From: Bigelowiella natans CCMP2755
Lineage: Eukaryota > Protista > Cercozoa
DNA: 41,741 nt
Assembly: GCA_000320545.1 (NCBI GenBank)
Contig: ADNK01002859.1
Span: 1 to 41,741 of the forward strand
Direction of reading: 5' to 3'
Both the position numbers and the translations under genes were made by a program. Below are positions 25,355 to 39,175 of this stretch, piece after piece (the first letter of the stretch is position 1; every line of letters starts with the position of its first letter). The notes under the pieces are model-generated. The model made no database searches, was not told the DNA's origin, and worked only from the letters and a program-made list of their open reading frames with translations.

Positions 25355-25908
25355 TTAATAGTACAAGTAGTGGGTAGTAGAAGAAAAGCCTACAAGTAGT
25401 AAATTCAGCATAATTATCATGCTACATTAGTTGTTGCATCAAGCACCAAGTATATGTGTACATAAATGGATATATACATATAAATATGTACATGATATAT
25501 AAATACAAAATAGCGTCGTCGTTGTGATACCTTACTACATTCGGATGAACTAATTTCTGCATGATGTCCAACTCCCTAGTATTGATATTATTATAAATTA
25601 TTATTATTATGATTATTTGTTATTATCGCTAAAGACTGTCTTTTTATAATCCATCCATCACATAAGGATAGCATAAGATTGAGCCACTTGTGTCAAGTTA
25701 TCACCCTCCGCCCACCCCCCCCCCCCCCCCCCCCCCTCCCCTCCTCCCCCCTCTTCCTCATCAATCATAAATTCAATCATTCAATCACACCATTGTCGTC
25801 ATCATCATCATTCATTCAATCATTCAATCACACCATTGTCGTCATCATCATCATTCCTCCTCCTACCCACTCTCACACCACGTTATTACTCCTATACTAC
25901 CACAACCA

Positions 25909-25946
<38 letters not shown>

Positions 25947-26649
25947 GCTACTAATTATTTTCTTCTTTTCTACTTCCAACCCTCCTCTCTCTCTCCCTCC
26001 TAATAAGGAGTAGACAAACACAAGTATATATTATCTACAGGTGCTGCCATTAACTTGTATACTTTTATTATTACCTATTCTTGTATCTTTTATCCACAAA
26101 TGTTTTCTTAACAGCAACCATCTAAATGATGAGTATGGTGATGAGTATGATGATGATGATGATGATGATGAGAAAGAGCAGCTTGCGATTAGTAGTGAGT
26201 ACCAGCGGTGATAGTATGGCTAGTAGAGCAGCAGCAGCCGTAGTAGTAGTGCAAGTGTATCAACCACTCCGTTGTTATTATAAATATTATCGGTGATGTA
26301 GCAGTAGTAGAAGCATGATCTGCATCATCATGCCGAGTAGTAAGTAGCCCTTGATAAGGTGAAATATAATACCTCGTCAGTTTCAAGGTCTAATGCACGG
26401 AACACTGTGGTCACAACAGAGTAAAAATAATAGCAGCATATGATTATCAGCAATACACAGAACCCAGCAGATAGTCAAGCACATAGTAGCACACATACTC
26501 TCTTAGACATTTAGCCATACGGCAGCACAAATACACACGTATTATTACTACAATAGAGTTAACAAACATTAGCTATGAACGTTAATTCTAGTATATCTAT
26601 TTATACGAGAGTTCTCATGCTCCTTAGTAAATAAAATATGTAATATGCC

Positions 26650-26685
<36 letters not shown>

Positions 26686-27645
26686 CATTATTATTATTGT
26701 GTGCTTTGTGTATTATATTATAGTTGTACCAGTTCCGAATGTTCCATTTCCAACAGCTCTGAGCAACCGATACCTATCCTTACCCTAATCATGATATGCA
26801 TCATCATCAACATCATCATCAACATCATTTACAACCATCCGCATTCATTATGATGCGAGAAATAAAGTTTATAAATACGGTATTTGGAAAATTTGAGGGA
26901 ATCTACAAACAATTATTGGAACATATGCGTATGTGTTATGTGTTTTGCGACCCATTCATTTAGACATATCATCGTATAAGCAACACTTTATTTTTAGAAT
27001 CAACGAAGAAATTATTACGCTGAGAATCCCTAGTGGGCGCTTTGTATTGCGTAGATAGTATCTTTTTACGTCACCCTACAGCAATAAAACAACACATGTA
27101 GCGAAAACTATTTACATATGATGATGACGACGACGATGATAGTGATGTATAATGCTGTTGCTGTGATTCTGAGCAGGTGGTAGTGAAAATTATTCATTGA
27201 AAATTAGCAGATAATTTTACCTCATGCTCTGATGGGTGACTCATATAGCGAGGATGCTCGTACTTTTGCCTACTGATCGGCCTAAACAGGAGGAGGTAGT
27301 GGTATGTTGGAAGGGGGGCGGGGGGGGGGGAGAGAAAGGGAGAGAAGGAGAGAGACTGTAAGGGAACAACAATTATACCCCATTAAGTTTGTGAACACGA
27401 CCTATGTTCTTCAAAGAGGGTCTGGCGCTTTGATGGCGCGTTTTGTACTAGATAGATCAACATAAGCTCATGTGAAACAATGTTGAATCGAAAGAATAAT
27501 ACAAGCTTGGCAAGTGAATCATGTACTCCATCTCTCTATCAATCGAGTAGATCAAAAAGTTGTGATATTTTAAACGCCGTTCTCCTCCATCAGAGAAGCT
27601 GAATAGCTCTAGTATGTTCATCGACGACACGAGTATGTCCGCCAT
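21434..27645 (-). CDS. GSK3: Glycogen synthase kinase 3 / shaggy-like Ser/Thr kinase, about 20 exons; start codon uncertain
   Basis: VGNGTFGT|VF, VAVKK...YKNR|ELDIM, HPNVV, HIHSLGICHRDIKPQ|NVL, LKLADFGSAK, AYICSR|FYRAPELLLG, SVDIWSAACV, LGTPT, LLEYDP..RI, AHEFFDALR. Stop TAG at 21436-21434. Confidence 0.93.
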
Positions 27646-28230
27646 TGCAAGCGGCACAGGCTGTCGCGCAGTCGGCACTCCAATTCTTCTCCTTTATTTG
27701 CAACGACATGACTTTTGCTTAGACGTAAGCCAAAAACTACCTATTCAAAGTAAGAATGAGTGCAACGCTGCAGTGTGACTTCTTGAGCAGGTGTTCCGGG
27801 AAAAATCACAAACTCAGTAAGCTTAATAAGTTTTTTAAAAGCGACAACACACATCAGAGTCAATTAGAAACATCAATGCCACCTGGCGCGAAGGTGTTTG
27901 TGTCTTATTAGTATCGGTATTAGGCCGATAAAATAATAAGTCGGTTGTTGTTGTTGTTGTTGTTGTTGTCGTCGTTGTTGTCGCATGCAAGTGGCTGATT
28001 CTTTATTCTAGGAGAGCAGCACCAAGGGAAGGGAGGGAGGGACAACAACGAAAGACAGAGCAACACAGGAGGAGGAGGAGGAGAAGAAGAAGAAGGAAGG
28101 AGGAAGGAGGAAGGAAGGACAACGCCACACGGATAATGTCGATGGAAATTGCTAAGAGTTAGGATTACACCTAACTTCGTTGAGGAGGCTGAAACCGCCT
28201 TCAAGCTGCTGGTGGTGGCGGTGGTGAAAA
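27646..28230. promoter_or_regulatory. Probable bidirectional promoter/5'UTR region between GSK3 (-) and TTC27-like (+)
   Basis: Head-to-head arrangement about 600 bp apart. Inferred from geometry only. Confidence 0.45.
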
Positions 28231-29149
28231 ATGTTGGCCACTAATTCTTCTCCGAAGAGGAGGCACAAGAAAAAAGAAGTTCCGTTTAGTTTCTGCTATC
28301 GTCGATTCGAATGGATTGTCGTTGTCTGTGTGCTCCTATGCGTAGCGTTTTGCAGCACCGAGGAGGACGAATCACCAAGGCAGTAGGCTTTCAAATTATT
28401 AAACAATAACTGTTTGACTCACTAATTACACAATGATGGTTACCTGCTCTTGAATAATGCCATTTATTCTTTTTGATTTGATGAATACATCTTCTTTATT
28501 TATCTTTCATCTAGATGCAAGAATCGAAGGAGAAGGCTGTTTCGAACTAGTCACTACCTGCAACAACCACTCCAGAGCGATTTAACTTATGCGAGGAGGA
28601 GGGGGGCAGATTATACGTATGATGACGCTCTACGACACCACCATCATCAACAACAGATTCCACTAGACGCTCTTCGTGTGGACATGAAAGAGGCATTGCG
28701 AATATGGAGCTTGGACCTATATGTTCTTACAGGGAAAGCCTCTCGCGTACGTCGTATCATGCAACGACAAAGGGAGGAGAACAAGGTAATTAAATATGGT
28801 CATCAATGCTCTTTATCCTACTCGTCGAGGAGTTTAAGCTGTCAAATACTTGAGAAAGAGAAAGAGTAGGAACGGAAGAGAGGGGGTTTGAGCTTTTCAT
28901 TTCAACAAAAACATAGTTACTGATGTTTCTCTTTATATATCTCTTTCACTCCAAAAGGCGATTGGCTTCAGACAGCCTCCCATTGAACATCATCAATTTA
29001 TTGCTCATTTTATTATATCCCTCTCTCATCCACCCTCTTATTTCTGTAAAGAGCTGGAGGTTGGAAGACTCTTTGATAGGAAATCCAGAAGTATTCCGAG
29101 TTGCGACGGCGGTAGCAGAAGGAAACTTGCCACTTTTACTGTCTCTTCG

Positions 29150-29188
<39 letters not shown>

Positions 29189-29545
29189 GAAATGTATTGA
29201 ATATCTGCTTGTTCTTCTCCTAATAACCCCCTTAACCCCCCTCCAACTCCTCCTCCTTTCTTTTCGTGGTTGATAATATTATTCATATCATAGGTTTCCA
29301 AGACATTTACTGAAAGATGTGGTGACTATGGATGAAATAGGAAAACGATATAGCGACATTGTGTCATCACCAAAGAGTGTTAGAGACTACCTCAGAGCCC
29401 GGGCAATGGCGGTAGAATAAGAATAAGAATAAGAATAAAAATTGTTGTTTTCATCACCAACTATCAAAACTAGAAAATCATGATTTATCCCGCAAGAAAC
29501 ACACCTGGTGCTGTGTTGTTGAAGATGTTGCAATGGGAAAAGTTT

Positions 29546-29580
<35 letters not shown>

Positions 29581-30414
29581 GTGTTGTTGAAGATGTTGCA
29601 ATGGGAAAAGTTTCTACTACTACTACTACTACTACTACTATTACTACCTCTGTAACAAAGAGGAAGAAAGGGGTTTATTTTGCAAAAAGCAAGATATGTA
29701 AGGAGTGTGTATATCTACCACCCTCATTCGATTATATTTATCGCTGCTGCAGTGGCATTTGTACACATTTATTAAGTATTGAGAATTTGAAGGAAAAAAA
29801 CAATGTAGTCGGAATGAAAGAATGAATGAATTAATCATCAGATTGGACTGCTATCAATCAATTAATCAATTAATCAATCATCAGATATATACTGCTATCA
29901 ATTAACCAATCAATCAATCAATCAATCAATCATCAGATATAAACTGCTATCAATTAGTTGATCAATTAATCAATCATCAGATATGGACTGCTGGCGGACT
30001 GATACTAGGATTTCGCCGTTGTAATCACCTATCTCCAGATCCCAAGTTCTCACAAGAATTACAGAGGGTAGCAGTAGTAGTAGTAGTAGTAGTAGTAGTA
30101 GCAGATGGTGGTGGTGGGTTAGGTATAACAACTAATAATAATACTAATAGAAGTAATATAGGGTATTATGAGCTATTAGTTGATAGTAGGCCCAGTACTA
30201 TGTGAATAAGTTATTGCACCACAATTCTACTATGATGAAGAAGAAGAAGAAGAAGATGATGATGATGAGTAGGAGCAACTACAATAATGTTGGCGGTAGC
30301 ACTAATTTAGCTAGGATGGTTATCCCTCCCTTTCCCCCCTCTATCTATATTTCCGAACACACAGACAAACACGCACATACAAACACAAACGCACACACAC
30401 ACACACACACAGAC

Positions 30415-30460
<46 letters not shown>

Positions 30461-30850
30461 TACATCATCATAAGTATCTTCCTCTTCATCTACTCGTATC
30501 AATCTATAAATTCTTGAATCACTTGATACTCAAGTAGTGCAATATACTCCCAATGATAATTCGTTTTAGCCTCTTACTTACTCGAGTGCTATTATTCCCA
30601 ATAAAAAATAATCTGCTTCAGCTAACAAGACTTTGTGACTCTGAAGTAATCGAAAAAGTGTACGTGGGGGGAGGGCAGCCCCCAAACAAGCAAAAATATA
30701 GCAGCATCTGGATGTTAAGTGCGGCACTAGAGATCCTCGAGGCTGTACAAACAAACGATCAAACCGTGTTTAAAGGTTCTATCAAAGGGTTCTTCCCAAA
30801 GGCAAGGAGGAGAGCACCGTACAGAGGAAGAAAAGGGTTATATTTACTAA

Positions 30851-30901
<51 letters not shown>

Positions 30902-31247
30902 AGGAAAAAATGAGTGAGAGGACAGCTAAGTTCTTCATATTTTGATAGTTGTTTAATGGTAATAGTGATAAGACAGCAGCAGTAGCTGCAGCAGTATACT
31001 TGAGGGTTAACTACTAGATGATGATGATCATCACAATTATGCAACTACTTTATCTGATCATCATCATCATCATCATCATTACAATTATTCAACTACCATA
31101 TCTAATATTCTAGATATATTTATTGTATATATGTCCACATGTGTGCTAATATATCCACAACTGTTTTGATTTGTTTTTCCCTTCTCCTCCTCCTCCTCCT
31201 CCTCCTCCTCCTCCTCCTTCTTCTTCTTCTTTTCCCCTACTGTCACT

Positions 31248-31281
<34 letters not shown>

Positions 31282-31600
31282 AACTGCTACTACTAGCAGC
31301 CTACACTTAATTCTTCCTGGTGAAGATGCCGATAATATTGATAACGATGACGACGAAGGTGATGATGATGATGATAAAGGCTCTGATGGAAAAGGCTGCT
31401 ACCATCTTCACCAGGAGGAATATACCACATCTCCACATCCCCCCCCCCCTTCCTACTGTAAATAGCGTTAATAATGCTTCAACTACTACTGGTACGACTG
31501 ATGGTAATCTGTCTTTTCGAGAAGAACATACCAAGTTGGAGGTAGATGTACAAGTATAAATTGTATATTCTCTCTCTGTAAACGTATGTAAACGTATATG

Positions 31601-31647
<47 letters not shown>

Positions 31648-32737
31648 GGCACGATCACTGGCCTTTACATAATACCTAGGATAAATGCTACATATTTCAT
31701 AAATCCGAAGAAAATTATTATTTTTTCGTCACTCTTCTTCCTTTTTGTGGTGCTATTCTTTTTTTTTCCCCCCTTCTTCTTCTTCTTCTTCTTCTTCTTC
31801 TTCTTCTTTTTCTTTTTCTTTTTCTTCAATTGTAATAGTTGTGTCGTCCATGTAATCGTCGGTTTTCTCATCCTTTTTAAGATTGCTCTTACAAATATCT
31901 TAAGCGAGGAGATATGGAAAAGGTGCTTCTCCTCTCATTGTTACTTATTCCAGTAGTAGTAGAGTTGTAAGTAGTTGTGCATTGAATGACTCTGGATGAT
32001 TATGCTTTCCTTGTCGTAGCTATACTTGAAGTTGTCAGTGGTAACTTCAATTTTGTATAAGTAGTACCAACTGCTACTTGGTTGTTTATTTGCTGTTTAT
32101 ATTCTCTCCGTAGTCGGGCATTATTCGAGGTGCAGGAGATGCTTGGAGATCCACTTTCGAATCTCCAGTAATAAAGATAAAAGCAGCATTTAAAATTTAA
32201 ATTGGGAGAACCTACTCTAACCTTGTGCATTCTTAACCGTATGGTGTTCTTTGATTAATATCTTGATGATGGATGATATATATAACATGGTTTATGCATC
32301 TTCTCCTTTTGCTGGCAGTGATTCTATATGTCAAAACCTACGATTTGCGTTTGATCGAGTTAAAGTTCTACAGCAAGTTCTGAATGAGAAAACGAAGAAC
32401 AACAACAAGAACAACAAGAAGAACATCACGAGAAAAGGAATAATAGCTCCATCCAACTCCTGTGACCACCACTATGACGACGATGACAACAACAGCAGCA
32501 GCAACGATGATAATAACAACCCCTCCTCCTCCTCCTCCTCCTCCTCCTCCTCCTATTTCTCTCCTCCTCACCAAGGAGGAGGAGGAGATGGGCGTTGTGG
32601 AGGTCTCAAAGGTCTTTTGGAAGAGTTGGAACTTCGAATGTATTATTGAGCTTTCTATCATTACTAATTCATCAATGATCACTAAATCACATATACACCA
32701 TCCAAACATACAATGGTGAGGGAGTATGTCGTGTGTA

Positions 32738-32789
<52 letters not shown>

Positions 32790-33090
32790 TGTGTGTATGC
32801 ATACAAATCATTGAACGTGTAAACATTAATATTCTATAACGTCTCTCAACCCCTTTGGGCAAAGAGAAATACCCATAGATATCCTCCTCCTTCTTCTTCT
32901 TCTTCTATATGGGTGTCAATCGATCTTATTTCTTGTATTTGTATTTCTTTTCTTATTAGATGTCTCGAAGATATGAGGAGGGCTATATTTTATGGAGAGT
33001 CGCATCATCACCCTGCTGCCTACAATAAGCGTGTAAAGGTGGTAACACCGTTACTGATTTGTCAGCGAAAATCCCGTGATCATCATCGTG

Positions 33091-33125
<35 letters not shown>

Positions 33126-34352
33126 CATCATCACTATCACGATTATTATCTACATTTACATCATTATCGTCTCATATGAAAAGTGGTGTGAGCGGAAAAC
33201 GGGTATTAATGTGAGTCTCACTGGTATTCTTGGAAATAGAACCAAATACCAAATGGAAGAGGTACTAGCAGATATAATCATCATTATCATTATCATCTTC
33301 ATCAATGATATTATGTTTCTACCATCTATAAACAGTCATCTCTACCCGTAGCACTTGTGCATACAACAACAACAACTACTACTACTACTGCAAGGTATAA
33401 GCTGGTACTAGATTTTAATATGCTCTGCTACTATGTGTATAATTGTGTGTAAGTGAGTGTTTGGGTGGGTGAGAAGATTAAGCAACTAAAATATTCCTCC
33501 TAACACATTAGAAAACACGACTCAAATCTTAAACAACAATCTCTTAGTGTATTAGATTAAGATTGGTATCAGTAATGACTTACACCGTTAGATGTGCAAT
33601 ATCTGTTCAGCAGTGATATAGATATTGGTATGATTATATGTAATATATCTGTTCAACAGTGATAAAGATATTGGTATGATTGAGCTTCTACCAGGTAGTA
33701 GTATAGTAGTAGTAGGAGGAGGAGGAGGAGGAGGAGGAGGAGGAGATGGAAAAGGCGTATTCATTTTTGAAATGATGATTATGAGGAAGAGGAGGAGGAG
33801 GAGGAGGAAGAGTTGTTCTTTCTTCTCATAAGATCTATCTAAGATGATCCTGTCAGTATCAAGTAGCAGTTATTTGAAATGGTGATTGGTATGATGTATG
33901 TATCCACCGTTAATTGATGATAGAGGTGCGTGAGGCCGAAGAACACCTTCTTGGTAATAATGAACATATTCTTAAGTATAATGCTGCTACTGATGATGAT
34001 GATCATGATGATAATGATGATGAGAACAAAGAACCTCAAGTTAGATCAACAAAATCGACGGCATTTGCATAATAGATACAGAAAGGGAAGTAGAGAGAGA
34101 AGGGGGGGGGGGGGGGAAGGGGGTTTGAAAGAACTTTGTAAGAGGAGGATTTACATCTTGTTGATCAGATCAACCCTCGTACCGGGGATATGATCCTAAG
34201 ACAGCACCAAAGTTGAATAGGCTACAAACAACCACTCTGCTCATCAAAGAGGAATTTCTCCGTAATACATACATACATACATACATACATACACACATAC
34301 TACTGATACTACGTGCATTATTTTTAGTATTACGTCGTATTTTTGCAACAAT

Positions 34353-34395
<43 letters not shown>

Positions 34396-35211
34396 ACACT
34401 CACACACACACACATAACACACATGCACATCAAATACTAGTATATGACAGAAAAGCCACCATTCATTCGTAGATAGGAGGAAGGAAGAAAATAGGCAATT
34501 ATGTGTTATAAGCAAGTAATTCCATAAGGAAAAAGAACACTTATTGTTACTCTCTATTATCTGTGCATTGTCGTCGTTGTCGCGTCGTCAATTTGTCATT
34601 GTTTACTCTTTGTGTTGTTTTGTACTTGTAGATGAGGATATTCCTGTGGACAACGAAGGACCCCCAATCTTTCGAATGGCCATTTTGCGCAAAGTAATAG
34701 TGTAGATCATGCTTTCCTTCTTTCGTTGATTATTGATCTCTATTTATTTCTGCCTTCAGATATACTCTTAAGGTGTAATAATAATCTATTTGTTTGTCAT
34801 ATCTCTTCGTATTGTCGTATCAATTCATAAAATCATCGATTTGTAAATTGGATGCACCAAACAACATGTGCAATACTCAGCTGTATTTTCTTCTTCTTTT
34901 TCTCCTCATAATCATTTCTACGACTGAAAAGGCCATTTCTTCTTCTGATTTCTCATTATTCTGATATTTTCTGCTCTAATTCCTTTTCAGTGCCTTCATA
35001 TACTGCTACCACTACTACTACTACTACTACTATTTACTACGGCTACTGCTACTGTTACTACCATTCTTACTAGTACTGTTTGATACTTGCGCTAATACTA
35101 CTACTACAACTCTACTACAGCTCTACTACTACTACTACTACTATACTACTACTACTACTACTACTACTAGTAACTAACTAACTAAGTAATATTTTTCATC
35201 AGATAAACAAA

Positions 35212-35245
<34 letters not shown>

Positions 35246-35636
35246 CAATAATAGGTGTTGCAAAGTGGGAACGACTGGTTTCTCCATGCTTACGCATTAT
35301 ATCGAAAGGCAGGAAGAAGCAGCAGCATATACATACACACATCAACACATCATTAATGGCTTTCAACATTTATTTTCTACTACGTAGTGCATACACTCTG
35401 GATACGTCATACAATTCATGATAATAATAATATTAATAATGATAATAATATCAATTAATAATGATAATGATATATAAAAAGGCCTCCATGGAATTCGACT
35501 TTGAAAAATATCAGGCTCAGGTGTTGGTTGAGATGCATGGAAGGAGAGTGAGAGAGAGGGGGGGGGAGGGAAAGGAGAGAAGAGAGACGGTGTGCTTACT
35601 GACCGATTGGGCACATTAATAATACAAAAGAACTTA

Positions 35637-35668
<32 letters not shown>

Positions 35669-37713
35669 GGTATATTATTGCATAGTTTTATTAGATTGTG
35701 AGTAGAGTTGATTGCTGCCGCACGAAAACAAATATAAGTCGCCACTAATAATACTACCCACCCACTATTTAAATGATGATGATGATGATGATGATATATG
35801 ATGTAAATCAAATTTCTCAGGTGGGAGGGCAGCTGATGCTCCTTTGTGATACGACAAAGAAGAACGAATACTCGAGAATGTAGTCGTCAAACCTTTACTT
35901 CTTATTTCTCAACACAATAATAGAACACCAACATTAACTGAAACATTTGCTACCACGCACACCGCTGACTAACTAAACAAAATTCTTGAGATTATTATTT
36001 CTTTAAAATGTTGATAATCGAGCAATTCTAATTGCTGATGCTCCTTCTCACATGTTGTGTTGTTCATATTGTTGTGGTGACCTTAATGTGCGTATGATAT
36101 CCCCTCTTCACCATAAACAACAGGGTCTGTAGGAATTTAAATATGCAATTCGCTCGATCAGCATTTTTAGTACCTCTACCTCTCAAGTGGCATCTTTCTC
36201 GCAAATATGCAGAATCACAAATCCAGAACATGAACGTACTTATCCCTCCTCCTCCTCCTTCTCTCCTCACTCTAAACCCCAAATAGAATAGCCAAGTGCT
36301 GCTTCTTTCAGTTCGCATTCACTTCCTACATTATTTTTAGTTTTTGATTCATTTACTGCTGCTGCTGCTTCTGCTTCTCTTCTTTTTTCTTATGTTTCAT
36401 ATAGGTTAACGAGAGTGTTTCAATTTATTCATCTCTCGGATTACAAGAGGAAGCAATAGCATGTCTTCTCTTCTTGAAGTACTAGTAGTAGCAAGTAGTA
36501 GTATTAGTATTAGTAGTAGTAGTAGTAGTAAAGGTGGTAGGATGTAGTAGAAGCATATATTATCAACTAATACTACTGCTGCTGCTGCTGCTGCAACCAA
36601 TTTCTAATTATATTATACCTTTGCTATGTATTTCCCGTGTCTTTATTATTATGAGCAACCTTCTTTGAAGTCATAGTTTCATCAATGATTCATCTTAAAT
36701 GTCTTTTTCGATTAACCAACTCCAACTTTTACAATTAATTAATCACCACCATCATTATTAATTTTATCAATACTATTTGTCTGAAAAATATAACAGGGAT
36801 TATGTAAAGGCAGAGTCTTTGATCCGCACTCAGCTCCAAAACAATCCAACACCTATGCTATATTCCATGCTTGGTGATGAGTAGTAGTGGCAGTAGTAGC
36901 AGTATAGCTTGTTATATTTCCGTGTTACCCTATTATATTTCCGTGTTACCCTATTAATCGTGTTCTTATCCACTATCTTTTATTGATATGATGATTATAT
37001 TAAGCAATGACGATATATTACGGAAGTGAAAAGTAACTTTTCATCATGTATGAGACTCATGATCAACACCACAACCCTACTACTACTACTCTACTGCTAT
37101 TTATTTACTACTAGTTACTAATGCTAATCTCCTCTCTTTTCAGGAGACGCAACTGGAAACGTGAGCTACTACGAACATGCGTTTCGAATTAGCAACGGAA
37201 CGTATGCAAGGTAGCACTTTTGCATTTTTTTTGTATGGATGGGTGATATATTTCCTGTAGTTAGTTTCTTGTAGTTGTGATGATTTCACTTTCTTATGGA
37301 ATTCCTCATATGAAATACAATAAAAATAAACATATATAACCCACTACTACCACTGTTTAATACTTAGACCTGTTTTTGAGTTGGGGGATAGATTTGCCAA
37401 ACAAAATAATTACACAATGGTAATAATACGATTATTAGAGAAGAAAGCCCATATTTTACTTCTTTCCCTATTTAATAGTATGAAATGATGTCATGAGTGA
37501 TTCCCGCCCGAATCATAGGTCAGATGGAAAGAAATAAGAGGAAGTGTTAAGATAGCTTTAGAATTCAAAACGAGAATTGTATAATTAATAGTAACATTGT
37601 CGATGTTGTTATCTACTCTTACTTCCCTCTGCTTTTATGTTGCTACATAAGGCTCTACGGTGCTACCGGACTGCTCTTCGAATAGATAAGAGCAATGTAT
37701 GTAGAAGATAAGT

Positions 37714-37763
<50 letters not shown>

Positions 37764-39128
37764 AAGTTTCTCGAAATTTGTTATAACTCAACTTATCAAG
37801 ATATTTATTTATTAAACATATTCCAACCACTAAATTATCAGCCCAGTCGTTGGTTTGATTACGGGAAGATATGCCAAGCAGCCGGGTTCATATATCATCG
37901 CTTGCTCGCAATAGAATAACAAAAAGAAACAAATGACCAAAATATAAGCAACACATTTTAAAAATTTTATTTATGTATTATTGTCGACGAAAATTTGTCT
38001 GCTAAATCTTAGGAACAATGCATCTGCGATTACTGCTTACAGAAGGTACGTACTGCGGTAATAGTTGCGTGGAAAGGCAGCATATTCATTATTAAATTCC
38101 AATTTAATTTGTACGCACATTTAGGTGCATAGCGATGGAGCCAGAGCATTTGAAAGCGTACACGAATCTAGGTGTTCTGCAAGCTCTTATCGGAAATGAA
38201 AGGGTTTTATTAAGACACTTTTACCAAAGGATATTTATAATGAAATTAATTCAATTAATTTGAAATGTTGAGCCATCATTTTTAAGTGTGTAACTTTATT
38301 TCTTAGTATATGATAAAAATTAACTGTCTCATGCGGGCTATTAACTGTATTCCGTTTTTGGTTTTATCTTTTAGGAGGCTGTACAAACGCTCAAGGAGTC
38401 ACTTAAATATCTTGAAACCAAGTAGTTGTTTTATGTGAACTTTTTTGTGTATACGAAAAATATGGTTGCATGCAGGGTAGTTCATTTTACAAAAATGCAG
38501 TAAAGATAACTGAATAAGCTGCAATTAAATTAACATTTTCAGCATGATATTTCAAATAATATTGATGCACACAGTGATAATTAAATTGCGAAATGTAGGG
38601 AAAATAATAAAATATTTTACCAATATTTAGTCCCCGTATGTGGGAAAATCTCATTCTCGTTTCCTTTAAAAAAAGGTAGTCCAAAAAAATTAACGCCATT
38701 ATTATTGTTAAGGCCTGGAGTCTGAATGAAAAACATGTTTTTCCCTTTCTTTTTTGGCATTAGGCTCTACAAAGACACAATTCAAGGGGTAGTTGCTAAA
38801 TAATATTATTTGGTGGTCTCTCGAAAGAATAATTTTGCGTTATTTTTCTCTATACTCAGTTGTTAGGAGCGGCAATTAATTGTGGTGAAAATTTCATCCT
38901 AAATCTAGCAATTCCTCAACGTAATACAGCAATTTGTTGATCTGTCTAGAAAGCCTCAGCTGAATTTATTACTATATTCTCTTATTTGTAATTACAGGTA
39001 TCGTAAACGAGATGAAGAATAATACGAGGGTAATCAATTTAGAGTAAAATTAGCAACCGATTTATATCCATTTCTTGTTTAAAAACTACAATATAAATTA
39101 TTCAAACTTATCGCATTTCCTCCCAGAA

Positions 39129-39175
<47 letters not shown>

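Noticed and set aside
1400-37770. Numerous homopolymeric ORFs (poly-Y/T/L/I/H/M, CV and HT repeats)
   Set aside because: They are translations of intronic microsatellites.
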